A DNA stretch of 64,000 nt from an uncultured Planctomycetota bacterium (lineage in GTDB: Bacteria > Planctomycetota > UBA1135 > GCA-002686595). The stretch spans positions 12,738-76,737 of the forward strand of contig CAWHGR010000005.1 in the NCBI GenBank assembly GCA_963829015.1, in the 5' to 3' direction. Below, piece by piece: positions 54,000 to 64,000 of the stretch (position 1 is its first letter; every line of letters starts with the position of its first letter). The translations under genes and the position numbers were made by a program. The notes beneath the pieces were generated by a model that saw only the letters and a program-made list of their open reading frames with translations, was not told where the DNA came from and made no database searches.

Positions 54000-56670
54000 A
54001 TGCCCCGCCGCACGCTCGCCATCGTCGCGCTCGCGCTGCTCGCCTGGCTTTTCGTACGAGCCCGGCCGCCAGACGGATCCACGCCCGCACCGCCCGTTGC
54101 GCCGGACTCGCTCGCGCACCCGGCGCCAGGCCTGGAGTCCGAGCCCGCCGCGGTCGAGGCGCCGCAATCGCCGCCCGGCCGTTCGCATCCCGACGGGGCG
54201 CTCTTCGAGCCGCTGCCCGAGGACCCGAGCGGGATCCTCGTGCACCTGCGCGACGCGGCGACGCATGCGCCCGTGCTCGGCGCCGAGGTGTTCGTCTGCG
54301 AAGAGCAGCGCTGGGACTGGTCCTCACTCGCCTACGACTCCGACGCGCCCTGGCCCGACGTCGAGGCCGAGCTGCGCGCGCGCGGCCGGCGCATCGAGAG
54401 CGACACGCAGGGCAACCTGCAGCTCCCGATCCCGTCCGCGTGGCTGGCCGTGATGGCGCGCAAGGACGAGCGCTTCGGCGCGCTCACGCTCGGCTTCGAG
54501 AACGCGCCCGAGGCGCAGCTCGACCTGTACGCGAGCAGCCCCTGCTCCGTGCGCATCCGCGACGCTGCGGGCCGGCCCGTCGCAGGCGAGCAGCTCGTGC
54601 TCGCGACCCAAAACGGGAACGCATTCTGGCGCGGCGCGAGCGACGCGACTGGAACCGCGCGCGTCCCGAACCTCGGCTGGCGGATCGCCGACGGCTCCGG
54701 CGACAGCGAGACCTGGTTCGCGATGGCCAACGACGCCTGCGCCGCGGCGCCGATCCGCTGGTTCGCCAGAGCCGAGCCGGCGCCCTCCGCATTCGAGCTC
54801 GTCGTCGGGGACGCGCAGCGCGTGCGCCTGCACGTCGTCGCCAGCGACGGGACGCGCGTCCCCATCGACGGGCACGTGGGCGTGTCGCCGCGCAGCACGT
54901 CGGGGAGCACCTCGGTGCTGCGCCTGCCGCGGCGCACGAACCCGCAACTGCCCCTCGCGCGCGGCGAGGCGCTCATCGCGCGCGGCGAACCGGGCGGCTG
55001 GCTCGATCTCGAGGTCGGCCTCGCCGGCAGCGTGAGCTTCGAGGCTGCGCTGCGCGTGCCCGCGCGCGGCGAGGCTGCGGGCGAGCTCACGCTGCGCATG
55101 CCCGCGGAGCTGCAGGTCCTGCTGCTGCACCCGACCGACGAGCAGGGCACACCGCTCGCGCGCCAGGAGTTCGAGTGGGTCTCCTGGGGACAGAGGGAGG
55201 GCGACGATCGCCAGCTCGACCAGCACATCGACCGCGTGCGGAGCGACGAAACGGGCCTGCTCGCGCTCGCGATCGCGCGCCTGGATTTGCACCCGCAACA
55301 GGCCGAAGAACCGGCTGGCCCGCGCAGAGCGTTCGTGCACAGCGGCGCCCTGCGTCTGCACGGCGCGCGCGAGCTCGAGAGCGCGACCTTCCCCTTCGCC
55401 GCGCTCGGCGCGGACGCCGTCCACGATCACGGTGCCCTCGCGCTCGCGAGCGCGATGCCGCTCGTGCGCGGCCGCGTCGTCGACGACCGCGGCCAGCCGC
55501 TGGCGCAGGTGCGCATCGGACTCGAGCAGCTGCACGTGTGGGACGGCGACCACGAGCTCGAGAGCCTGGCCGGCGTGGAGACGAAGTCGGGCGCGCGCAC
55601 CGGCGCCGACGGCCGCTTCGTGCTCTACGGCAAGTGCCTCGGCGGTCGCCTGCAGCTCAACCTCACGCGCGAGGGCTACCTCGCGCCGCGCGGCAGCGAG
55701 CAGGAGCTGTTCGAGTGCGGGAGTTCGCCCGACCTGCAGCTCGTGCTGCTCCGGCCGGCGGAGCTCGAGACCAGCGTGCGCGTCCCCGCGCGTCTCGATC
55801 GCCGGCTGGTCTGGCTCATCGACGACGGGAGCCCGGACCTGCGCATGGAGGAGATCGAGCCGCCTGCGGGCGGCGGCCTGCTGGTGCACGACCATGCGGG
55901 TTTCCTGCCCGGGACCTACCGCGTGAGCCTGCGCGAGCTCGACGACAGCACGGCGGCAGCGATCCTGGAGGTGGAGAACGTGCTGCTGCGGCCGGGCGAG
56001 CGCACGCTCGACCCGCGCCTCCTGGACGTCGACCTCATGCGCTTCGCGCTGGCCGGGAATGCGCCTCCGCCGGAGTTGCCCGGCGCAGCCGATCGTGCTC
56101 GAGATCCGCGACCTCGATGGCCGGCCGCTCTCCGACGGGCGGCTGGTCGAGCGCTTCGGCGACTTCAGCTCGGTGCAGGAGTGGCACGGAGGGCGCGTGC
56201 GCATCGAGCCGAACATGCAGCGCGCCTCGCTGACCATCTGGAGTCCGGGCCGGCTGGCCTGGATCGGCGAGTGTCCCGAGCAATCGGGCGAGCTGCGGCT
56301 GCAGCCGGCGCCGATGCTCAAGCTGCAGGTGCGCATCCCGCCCGAGCTGCGCCGCGCGGACTGGCACTTCCGCGTCGAGCCGCGCGTGGTGAGCTCCGAC
56401 CAGCGCCTGTGGGACCTCGCCACGCCGCTCGCGCCCGCGGATGTGGACGCCGATGGATCCGTCGCCTTCGAGATCCCGGGCGAGTTCACGCTCGGGCTGA
56501 GCCTGGTCGCGTTCGTGCTCGATCCAAGCGGCACGAGCTACCGCGAGGGCAGCGCTCCCTGCAGCGTGACCTATCTCACGCTGGAGGTCCCGGCCGGCGA
56601 CGGGCCGCACCCGATCGCGCCCACGCCCGAGGAATGGGCGGCGGCGGAGAAGGCGCTCGCCGGGAAGTGA
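54000..56670 (+). pseudogene. Membrane-anchored multi-repeat protein, tandem paralog B1; one frame shift at about 56060-56085
   Basis: MPRRTLAIVALALLAWLFV is the anchor. The protein is collinear with B3 along its whole length (ELRARGRRIESD, LPIPSAWLAVMARKDERFG, EFEWVSWGQ, ARTGADGRFVLYGKCLGGRLQLNLTREGY, ERTLDPRLLDVDLMRF). The C-terminal module continues in ORF 56059..56670 (PIVLEIRDLDGRPL...EEWAAAEKALAGK). Confidence 0.7.
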
Positions 56671-56702
56671 CCGCGGCTGCGGCGCGCCCTAGTGGGCGCG
56701 TC

Positions 56703-59309
56703 ATGCGCGGGACCATCCTCCTCGGCGCGCTGCTCGTGCTCGGCACGGCGCTCTGGTTCGTCCAGCGACCGGTCGAGCGCATCGGTTGCGAACGGGTGTC
56801 GCAGCTCGAGCCGATTCAGACTGAATCGAGGCGGGATCTGGAGTTCGAAGCAGACGGCCTGTCGGCTCACGCGGCGCGCACGCCCGGCTCGACCGAGGGC
56901 GCGCTGCGCTTCGAGGATCTCGAGCCGGAACCCACCGAGCTCGTCGTGCGGCTGGTGACGGGCGAAAACGAAGCGCCCGTGCTCGATGCGGAGATCTTCG
57001 CGCTCGAGCCCGGCTACGAAGTGTTCGACGTTGAGACTGAGGCGCGCGCGCGCGGTCGCAGGCTGGAGTGCGACGCGAACGGGCGAGTGTATCTGGGGCT
57101 GCCGCGCGCTGAGTTGTTCGTGTGTGCGCGCAAGGGCGAGCTCTTCGGAGGCGCGTGGTTCAGTGCCAGCGACGCGCCCGATGCCAGCCTGAGCCTGATG
57201 ATCACGCACACCTCCCGCGTGCGAGTCCTCTCCACGGCAGGCGAGGCGCTCGCGGGCATCCCGATCGTGATGGGGAATTCGCGAGGCAGCTCCGGGAACG
57301 CGACCACGGGAACGGCGGGGGAGCTGTTGCTGCCCAATGTCGAGTGGCTGATCGAGCACCGGCTCTACGCAAACCCCAGCTGGTTCGTGGGGGTCGATGC
57401 GCCGTTCGAGGAACCTCCTCTGCGCTGGTTCGACTCCGGCGCCGCGGCGCCGCTGTGGATCGACCTCACGCTCCCCGCGGCCAGCGCGCTGCGCCTGCGG
57501 GTGCTGGCCAGTGACGGCACGCCCGTGCCGGTCAGCGGCGAGGTCAGTCTCTACCTGCTCAACGGAGGCGATCACCGCGCCGCCGCACGCCTGAAGCGCG
57601 GGGAGACTACCGCCGTCCCGTTGATCGCCGGCGAGGCGCTGGTTCCGTGCGCCGAGCCGGGAGCATGGCTCGACGCCGACGTGGATCTCGACGGCGACAC
57701 CGCGATCCACCAGAACCTGCGCGTGCCCGAGACCGGCGCGGCGATCGAGCTGCGGCTTCCGAAGAACCTCCAGGCGCTGCTCTTCTGCGCCTGCGACGAG
57801 CGGGGTGTCGCGCTCGCGAGCCGCAAGCTCGAGTGGATCTCCTACTCGCAGGAAGAGGGCGACATCGAGCAGCAGGACACCAGCCACGACTGCGTGCGGA
57901 CGGACGAGCTCGGCCGTTGCGCGCTGGTCGTCGATCGGCGGGACTTGCAGCCGCCGGAGATCGACCCGGACGAGGACCCTCCCAAGCCGAAGCATTGGCG
58001 CGGCATCCTGCGCCTGCGCGAAGGAGCAACCCAGCTCGAAAGCGGGCCGATCGACTTCGGCGACCTCGGGGCCGGGAGTGTCAGGAATCTCGGGCGCGTG
58101 CAGCTCGCGGTCGCACAGCCGCTCGTGCGCGGTCACGTGCGCGATGCGGACGGGAAGCCGCTCGCGCGGTCGAGCATCGGCCTCGTCCAGCTGACCTCTC
58201 TCGATGGCAAGGAGTACCACATCAATCTCCTCGGGGTCGACGACGTCGAGTCGGAGGAGGACGGCAGCTTCGCGATCTTCGGCACCTGCCCGGGCGGCCG
58301 GCTGCGTCTGACGATCGACCGCACGGACTACGACCTGCCGGGCGAGGCGAGCATGCCCGAGTTCGACTGCGGCGCGAGCCCTGACCTGGAGGTCGTGCTC
58401 GCGCGAACCGGCACGCTGTGCACGAGCGTTCTCGCAGATGCCGCCCTGAGCCAGTGGTACCGGTGGGAGCTCGAGGATGCGAACGGTGAACAGCACGAGC
58501 ATCTCTCGGCCGATAACGGTCCCGGCGAAATCCCGAGAGAGTTCCGGTCGCTGCGGCCGGGGCGCGTGCGGGTCCGTCTCGTCCGCAGCGATACGCCGCA
58601 GCCGCCGATCGTTGAGTTCGACGACGTCATCATCCAATCCGGAAGATGCACATTCGACCCGCGGCTCCTGCGCGTGCCGATCCACGTGCCCCCGGGATCC
58701 GCGGCGGTGCTCGTGCGCACACCGGAGCCGCCCCCGATCCCGTTGCACATCGTCGATGAGCAGGGAGGCAGGATCGAAACCGGCTTGCTGATCACGTTCA
58801 CCCACTGCGGCTCGCACCAGACCGAGTTCCGCGGCGGGCGTGTCGATCTGCGCGCTTGCCAGGAGAGCAGCACGATCGGCCTGTGGGCTCCGGGACATAT
58901 GTACTGGGAAGGCCCGTGCCCCGAACGCGAGCGCGAGATGGTGCTGGAGCCGGCGCTGCGCGTGCGACTGCACGTCGACGAGCCCGAGGAGCTGCGCCGC
59001 GCGGGGATCCGCCTGCTCATGGACAGCGGCTTCCCCAAGGTTTGCCTCCAGAACCTCGCCGGTTCGGCCGAACTCGATCCGCAGGGCGACGTGCAGATCG
59101 AGTGCCCGCTCCCATGCCGCATGTGGATCGGCTTGCGCGGGATGGTGCTCGACAAGTCGGGAGCGCTGCGCGGCGCGCAAGTCGAGCTCGAGACCGAGGA
59201 GGACCTTTTCGTCGACGTCACGGACGAGCCGCTCGAGCAGCGATTCGAGCTGAAAATCCGCGCCGAGGAGTGGGCGGCTCTCGCCAGGGCGCTGGGTGTC
59301 GGCCGCTGA
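56703..59309 (+). CDS. Membrane-anchored multi-repeat protein, tandem paralog B2
   Basis: MRGTILLGALLVLGTALWFV is the anchor. It is more divergent than B1/B3 but collinear with them (ARARGRRLECDANG, LPRAELFVCARKGELFG, LEWISYSQ, VRGHVRDADGKPLARSSIGL...EEDGSFAIFGTCPGGRLRLTIDRTDY, FDPRLLRV, ...AEEWAALARALGVGR). Confidence 0.75.
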   Translation: MRGTILLGALLVLGTALWFVQRPVERIGCERVSQLEPIQTESRRDLEFEADGLSAHAARTPGSTEGALRFEDLEPEPTELVVRLVTGENEAPVLDAEIFALEPGYEVFDVETEARARGRRLECDANGRVYLGLPRAELFVCARKGELFGGAWFSASDAPDASLSLMITHTSRVRVLSTAGEALAGIPIVMGNSRGSSGNATTGTAGELLLPNVEWLIEHRLYANPSWFVGVDAPFEEPPLRWFDSGAAAPLWIDLTLPAASALRLRVLASDGTPVPVSGEVSLYLLNGGDHRAAARLKRGETTAVPLIAGEALVPCAEPGAWLDADVDLDGDTAIHQNLRVPETGAAIELRLPKNLQALLFCACDERGVALASRKLEWISYSQEEGDIEQQDTSHDCVRTDELGRCALVVDRRDLQPPEIDPDEDPPKPKHWRGILRLREGATQLESGPIDFGDLGAGSVRNLGRVQLAVAQPLVRGHVRDADGKPLARSSIGLVQLTSLDGKEYHINLLGVDDVESEEDGSFAIFGTCPGGRLRLTIDRTDYDLPGEASMPEFDCGASPDLEVVLARTGTLCTSVLADAALSQWYRWELEDANGEQHEHLSADNGPGEIPREFRSLRPGRVRVRLVRSDTPQPPIVEFDDVIIQSGRCTFDPRLLRVPIHVPPGSAAVLVRTPEPPPIPLHIVDEQGGRIETGLLITFTHCGSHQTEFRGGRVDLRACQESSTIGLWAPGHMYWEGPCPEREREMVLEPALRVRLHVDEPEELRRAGIRLLMDSGFPKVCLQNLAGSAELDPQGDVQIECPLPCRMWIGLRGMVLDKSGALRGAQVELETEEDLFVDVTDEPLEQRFELKIRAEEWAALARALGVGR

Positions 59310-59396
59310 GGTCCCGCGCTGATATTCGGTCCGCGTGACGCCGGCCTGCCGCGCTGAAACAGGTGACCGGGGTGCGCTAGACTCCTAGGTGTCGCC

Positions 59397-62066
59397 ATGC
59401 GCCGAAGGCTCCACCTGCTGCTGTCGCTGTCGATCGCCGCGCTGGCGTACATGGCTTGGCGCAGCGCCGGGCAGGTGAATGGGCCCGGTGCGGTGAGGGG
59501 CGAGCTCACGCAGACGCCAAGCGCAGACGAGCCCGGCGCTCTCGACGATCATGCCCAGGCCGCCGGCTCGCGCGCGGAGCCGGCTCCCGCGCTGCGCTTC
59601 GAGCCGCTGCCCGAGGAATCGTGCGAGATCCTCGTGCACATCGTCGATGGGATCACTGAGCAGCCGATCCTCGGCGCCGAGGTCTTCGTGCTCGACGTCG
59701 ACGAGTGGGACTGGCCGCTCGGCGGGTTGCGCACCGAAGAGATGCATCCCGATGCGGAGGCCGAGCTGCGCGCGCGTGGCAGGCGCATCGAGAGCGACGC
59801 GATGGGCGAGCTGCACTTGCCGATCCCGCGCGCATGGCTGGCGGTCATGGCTCGTAAGGACGGGCTCTTCGGAGAGTGTTCGGTCGCATTCGAGAACTCC
59901 CCGGAGACCACGCTGAGCCTGTACTCTTCGCGTCCCTGCGTCGTGCGGACACTCGATCGCGCCGGTCGTGGCGTCGCGGGCGTGACGGTCGTGCTGCGCA
60001 GGGGAAATGGCGGCGGATTCTGGCTGGGTCGCAGCGACTCGGACGGCGGGGCGCGCATCCCCAACCTCGGCTGGCTCGTGCAGGAACACTGCCCCGAGGA
60101 GCAGGCATGGTCCGCATCGCTGTCCGATGCCTGCTTCGACGCGCCCGTGCGCTGGTTCCTGGTCGGCGAGCCGCTGCCTGCGGCGATCGAGCTCACGATC
60201 CCTGATGCGCAACGCCTCGAGCTCGAGCTGGAGACGAGCGACGGCGCACGCGCGCCGATCGGCGGCTGCGTTCACGTCTCGATCCGAAGCGCCCCGGGAA
60301 GCGTTTCGGTGCTGCGCATTCCGCGCTTCACTGATCCCTATCTCCCGCTCGTCAAGGGCCGGGCTGTGCTCGCGCGCGCCGAGCCCGATAGCTGGCTCGA
60401 GTGCGACGTCTGGCTGCCCGGCGAGGAGACGTTCAGCGGCTCGGTGCACGTCCCGGAGGCGGGCGCCGCTGCAGGTCAGGCGACGCTGCGGATCCCGGCG
60501 TACCTGCAGATCGTTCTCGCGCGTCCCGCCGACGCGAGCGGCGCGCCGCTCGCGAACCGTGAGTTCGAGTGGGTTTCCTGGGCGCAGGCGCCGAAGGACG
60601 ACCTCGAGCAGGACCAGCACAAGGACAACGTGCGCAGCGACGCGCAGGGACGGATCGTTTTCGCGATCGGGCGAGCGGACCTCTTCCCGAACGAGCCCGA
60701 GGATCAAGACGAGCCGGCGCCGGAGCGTGCCTGGCGCGGCGTGCTGCGCCTGCGCGAGCCCGGGCAGGAGCTCGAGAGTGCGCCGATCCTCTTCCGCGCG
60801 CTCGGTCCCGGCGCCACTCGCTACCTCGGCGTGCTGCAGCTCGTCCCGGCGACGCCGATCGTGCGCGGGCGCGTGCTCGACGAGCTCGGCCGTCCGCTGG
60901 CGCACGTCGACGTGGGCATCGAGCAGCTGCGCAGCGTCGACGGAAAGGTCAAGCGCGAGAGCCTCGCCGGACTCGAGACCTACGGCCAGACGCGCACCGG
61001 CGCCGATGGTGCGTTCGCGATCTACGGCAGTTGCCCGGGCGGCTCGCTGACACTGCGCCTCGGCCGCGTGGGCTACCGGCTGCCGCGCGAGTCGCCCGAG
61101 GTCCGCTTCGAGTGCGGCAGCAGCCCCGACCTGACGCTCACGCTCGTGCGCTCTGGCGCCGTGCACATCAGCGCGCGCACGCCGCGCAGGCTGGCGCACG
61201 ATGTGAGGTGGGTGCTCGACGACGGCGTCGAGGAGCAGCGGCACGAGTTGCAGAGGGAACAGGGCATGGGCCTGCTCGAGTGCGAGTTCGAGGACGTCCG
61301 GCCGGGGAAGTGCCGCGTGCGCCTCGAGAGCGACTTCACGGACGAAGAGGCAATCCTAGTCGTGGAGGACGTGATCGTGCGGCCTGCCGAGCGGACCCTC
61401 GACCCGCGTCTCTGCGAGGTCGACCTCTCGCGCTTTGCCGTCCAGACGGAGGAGCCGTTCCCGGCAACACGCCCGCAAGAACCGATCGTGCTGCAGATCG
61501 TCGATCGCGACGGGCGTTCAATCCCGGAGGGGCGCCTCTTCGACGAGTACGGCGGCCACCGTTCTGACTCGGCATGGCGCGGCGGCCGCGTACGCATCGA
61601 AGGCAACCGCAGGGAAGCGCACTTCACGATCTGGAGCCCTGGCTTCTGCGCCTGGAGCGGTGAGTGCCCCGAGCGATCGGGTGAGCTGCGGCTCGAGCCT
61701 GCCTGGCGCATCGGGTTCGAATTCCAGGTCCCCGAGGCCCTGCGCAGGCCCGACAGGCTGGTCCAGCTCTTGCCCAGAGTGATCACGAGCGATTTCGGCT
61801 CGTCGGAAGTGCTCAACCGGATGGCGCCGGCCGTGGTCGGGAGCGACGGGCGCGTCAACTTCGAGGTCCCGGGCCCGTGCTACCTCGGCTTCGTGGTGCA
61901 GCTCGTTGCGCTTGATCGCTCGGGCACGGCGTTCCGCGAGGGAATCGAGCCGCAGGTAGTGGACGACTTCTCGATGCAGATCCCGCCAGGCGACAACTCC
62001 TACGAGATAGATGTCGACTCCGAGCGCTGGGCCGCAGCGGAGAAGGCTCTGTGCGGCGGGCACTGA
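59397..62066 (+). CDS. Membrane-anchored multi-repeat protein, tandem paralog B3
   Basis: MRRRLHLLLSLSIAALAYMAW is the anchor. Intact 889-aa ORF with VRGRVLDELGRPLAHVDVGIEQL...TRTGADGAFAIYGSCPGGSLTLRLGRVGY and C-terminal ...SERWAAAEKALCGGH. Confidence 0.8.
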   Translation: MRRRLHLLLSLSIAALAYMAWRSAGQVNGPGAVRGELTQTPSADEPGALDDHAQAAGSRAEPAPALRFEPLPEESCEILVHIVDGITEQPILGAEVFVLDVDEWDWPLGGLRTEEMHPDAEAELRARGRRIESDAMGELHLPIPRAWLAVMARKDGLFGECSVAFENSPETTLSLYSSRPCVVRTLDRAGRGVAGVTVVLRRGNGGGFWLGRSDSDGGARIPNLGWLVQEHCPEEQAWSASLSDACFDAPVRWFLVGEPLPAAIELTIPDAQRLELELETSDGARAPIGGCVHVSIRSAPGSVSVLRIPRFTDPYLPLVKGRAVLARAEPDSWLECDVWLPGEETFSGSVHVPEAGAAAGQATLRIPAYLQIVLARPADASGAPLANREFEWVSWAQAPKDDLEQDQHKDNVRSDAQGRIVFAIGRADLFPNEPEDQDEPAPERAWRGVLRLREPGQELESAPILFRALGPGATRYLGVLQLVPATPIVRGRVLDELGRPLAHVDVGIEQLRSVDGKVKRESLAGLETYGQTRTGADGAFAIYGSCPGGSLTLRLGRVGYRLPRESPEVRFECGSSPDLTLTLVRSGAVHISARTPRRLAHDVRWVLDDGVEEQRHELQREQGMGLLECEFEDVRPGKCRVRLESDFTDEEAILVVEDVIVRPAERTLDPRLCEVDLSRFAVQTEEPFPATRPQEPIVLQIVDRDGRSIPEGRLFDEYGGHRSDSAWRGGRVRIEGNRREAHFTIWSPGFCAWSGECPERSGELRLEPAWRIGFEFQVPEALRRPDRLVQLLPRVITSDFGSSEVLNRMAPAVVGSDGRVNFEVPGPCYLGFVVQLVALDRSGTAFREGIEPQVVDDFSMQIPPGDNSYEIDVDSERWAAAEKALCGGH

Positions 62067-62079
62067 GCGCCTCGCCGTC

Positions 62080-62085
62080 TATACT
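62080..62085 (+). promoter_or_regulatory. -10-like hexamer TATACT, 8 nt upstream of GTG 62094
   Basis: Read directly from the sequence. It lies inside the 27-nt gap after B3, with no Shine-Dalgarno sequence. Confidence 0.25.
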
Positions 62086-62093
62086 CTGTCCGC

Positions 62094-62855
62094 GTGACAC
62101 CACACCTCGCCTACGTCGAGCACAACCTGCCTGCCTCAACGCCGGAGGAGCGCTTCGCGCTCGCGCGCGCGCACTCGCTCGAGCTCGAGATCGCGCACAA
62201 GGACGACGACCGCGCCGCACGCGCACGCGACGCGGGCCTCGCGATCGCGACGCTGCAAGCCTGGCGCCTGCACGAGGTGCACCCGATCCATCCCGACAAG
62301 AAGGTGCGCGGCGAGGCCTATGAGCATCTGCGGCGCACGATCGAGCTCGCGGCGAAGCTCGGCGTGCCGCGCGTGATCGCGGTCGCGGGCTACGGGCAGG
62401 AGATCTGCGCCGATCCGTTCGAGGAAGCGCGCGCGTTCTTCCGCTTCCTCGCGCCGGTCGCGCGCGACAACAAGGTGCGCGTGCTACTCGAGCCGCTCAG
62501 CCCTTTGCGCTGCGCCGCGCTGACGGCGCCGATGGTGCTGGCGCGGCTGCTGGAGGAGATCGGGAGCCCGGATGTGTTCGGTTCGGCGATCGACACGGGG
62601 CACGTGATCGACTCGGGCCGCGAGGTGGACGAGTACCTCGAGCGCTGGCCGCGAGCGGTCGAGGAGCTGCAGCTGAAGGGCAAGGGCTCGTCGCCGCCGG
62701 AGCACGATGTGCCGCTGGCGAGGTGGTTGCGCAAGCTGAAGGCCGTGCCGGATGTCGTGTGCGTCGAGCACCGGCTGCCGATCGAGGCCGAGGAGCTCGG
62801 GAAGCTGCTCGAGCATCTGCGCGGGGAGCTACGCGCATTCGCTAGGTCCGTCTGA
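62094..62855 (+). CDS. Sugar phosphate isomerase/epimerase (xylose-isomerase-like TIM barrel) family
   Basis: ...HLRRTIELAAKLGVPRVIAVAGYG...VRVLLEPLSP...DTGHV...VCVEH is the typical AP-endonuclease-2/TIM-barrel metal-ligand spacing (E...D...H...E). Confidence 0.65.
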   Translation: MTPHLAYVEHNLPASTPEERFALARAHSLELEIAHKDDDRAARARDAGLAIATLQAWRLHEVHPIHPDKKVRGEAYEHLRRTIELAAKLGVPRVIAVAGYGQEICADPFEEARAFFRFLAPVARDNKVRVLLEPLSPLRCAALTAPMVLARLLEEIGSPDVFGSAIDTGHVIDSGREVDEYLERWPRAVEELQLKGKGSSPPEHDVPLARWLRKLKAVPDVVCVEHRLPIEAEELGKLLEHLRGELRAFARSV

Positions 62856-62878
62856 CGTACGGGGCGGGGGAGCGAAGA

Positions 62879-64000
62879 GTGGAATTCCAAGAGTTCGTCC
62901 GAACCCTGGCGGACCACTCTGGGTTGGGTGCGCGCGTGAAGCACGGCGTGCAGAGACTTGGGGTAGTGGAGAGACTCGGGCAACTCGTCCCGGGAGCGCT
63001 GTTCGTGCTCGCCTCCGCTCCGAGGGTGTCCGCCCAATCAAGTGTCGCGGTGGAGGCGAAGCGCGATCCTCCCGATGGCCTGGGCTACCCACCTTGCCCG
63101 CTCAATGACGTCGACGGCGATGGGTGCGCTGACTTCGCGATCGACGACGGCTGCGACATCGCGTGGGTTATCTCGGGCAAGACGGCGAAGGTTCTCGCGA
63201 CCGTTCAGGCTCTCGACGTACGAGGGACTGATGCGGTGCGGCAGGTGCAACTCGTTCGCACTCCGCGGTGACCTCGACGGCGACGGTCGTTGGGACCTGC
63301 TTGACCTCGGGAACGGCCAGCATCAACCGAGGATCGCCCGATCTGGGCGAGATCTGCACGCCCTGGGGCGGGAGTTCGGGATGTCCTGGGATGGTCCCTG
63401 GAATCGAATGGAGCGACCGGGGATCGGCGATTGGGATGGCGATGGAACTCCCGACGTGATCACGCGATTCGCGCCGGGCGAGGCGAGCCAGGCTTCAAGG
63501 TGCTCTCGGGCAAGACGGCCGAAGCGGATCGGCTTCTTCGACGGACCGGAGTTCGCGCACAAGAGATGTCTGTGCTGCGGCGACTACAACCACGACGGCA
63601 AGAGTGAGGCACTCGTTGCCGACGGCGCAGGCTGGAGCGCATTCCTCCTCGGGCAGGGCCTCGAGGAGCCGCTCGCGACGCTGCAGGATGATGGCGAGCC
63701 GCCCGAAGCAGGACTCGAGGAGGAGATGAGTTGCGCCGCGGCGTTCGTCCCCGACATGGACGGCGACAAGCGCGACGACATCGTGTTCGTGCGACCGGCA
63801 GTTCGAGATGTGGACTGACGTCGACGCCTTGCAGCAAGTGGCACGCAGCGCACCCGAGCGCCGGCAAGGCAGTCATCCGCTCCAGCAGTACCGGGCAAGC
63901 TCCTGAAGACACTTGACGCAACGCTAGCCATGTCCGAGTGCGACGGGGCGGCAGTCGCATCCCTCTCGGACGTCGATCGCGATGGAGTGCCGGATTTCGC
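62879..64000 (+). pseudogene. FG-GAP/VCBS-repeat secreted protein(s), frame-shifted, running off the window end
   Basis: Repeated DxDxDG calcium-loop motifs DVDGDGCADF, GDLDGDGRWDL, GDWDGDGTPDV, GDYNHDGKSEAL, PDMDGDKRDDI and DVDRDGVPDF are found in successive frames. A signal-like segment ALFVLASAPRVSAQ lies near the start. Confidence 0.55.

Noticed and set aside
53790-59309. 1839-aa ORF that looks like a single giant protein
   Set aside because: It is an artefact. The N-terminal ~750 aa are paralog B1. A frame shift at ~56060-56085 then sends translation into an Arg/Ala-rich non-coding frame that happens to stay open (high GC) until it meets the in-frame start of paralog B2 at 56703. The real B1 C-terminus is in ORF 56059..56670 and aligns with the B3 C-terminus.
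54000-62066. Alpha-2-macroglobulin/thioester, protease, glycosidase, or PEP-CTERM/LPXTG sorting signals in the repeat proteins
   Set aside because: There is no CGEQ thioester motif and no HExxH or Ser-His-Asp context. There is also no C-terminal hydrophobic sorting helix; the proteins end in a hydrophilic WAAxxxAL helix.

Overview
High-GC bacterial window with two very different halves. Positions 1 to ~34.5 kb look like ordinary chromosome from a Nitrobacteraceae/Bradyrhizobiaceae-type alphaproteobacterium. It carries typA, folD, nth, pyrD, rpmF, oxyR, iorAB-type molybdoenzyme genes, a DUF3551 protein and the family-typical palindromic REP elements. It is interrupted by an IS1595 element with perfect 25-bp inverted repeats, an IS701-type element, a parDE toxin-antitoxin pair and a low-GC islet with an orphan AbiEii-like toxin gene. 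From ~34.6 kb to the end, GC is higher and the gene content changes to Myxococcota/Planctomycetota-like. The most interesting feature there is a 1021-codon ORF encoding an ECF sigma factor fused through one transmembrane helix to a ~790-aa ectodomain of beta-sandwich repeats. Four paralogous ~850-890-aa membrane-anchored proteins use the same repeat type: three in tandem at 54.0-62.1 kb and one at 34.9-37.6 kb. Nearby are a degenerate Ser/Thr-kinase-like gene, an M61 peptidase, two DUF2846 lipoproteins, FG-GAP repeat protein(s) and an acyl-CoA-type catabolic cluster. About 19 genes across both halves carry frameshifts. Some have 5-10 each while long neighbours are clean, so this could be homopolymer sequencing error or real gene decay. 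The contig may also be chimeric at ~34.6 kb. I recognised no rRNA, tRNA or CRISPR array by eye. All domain calls come from motif reading of the supplied translations, not from searches.
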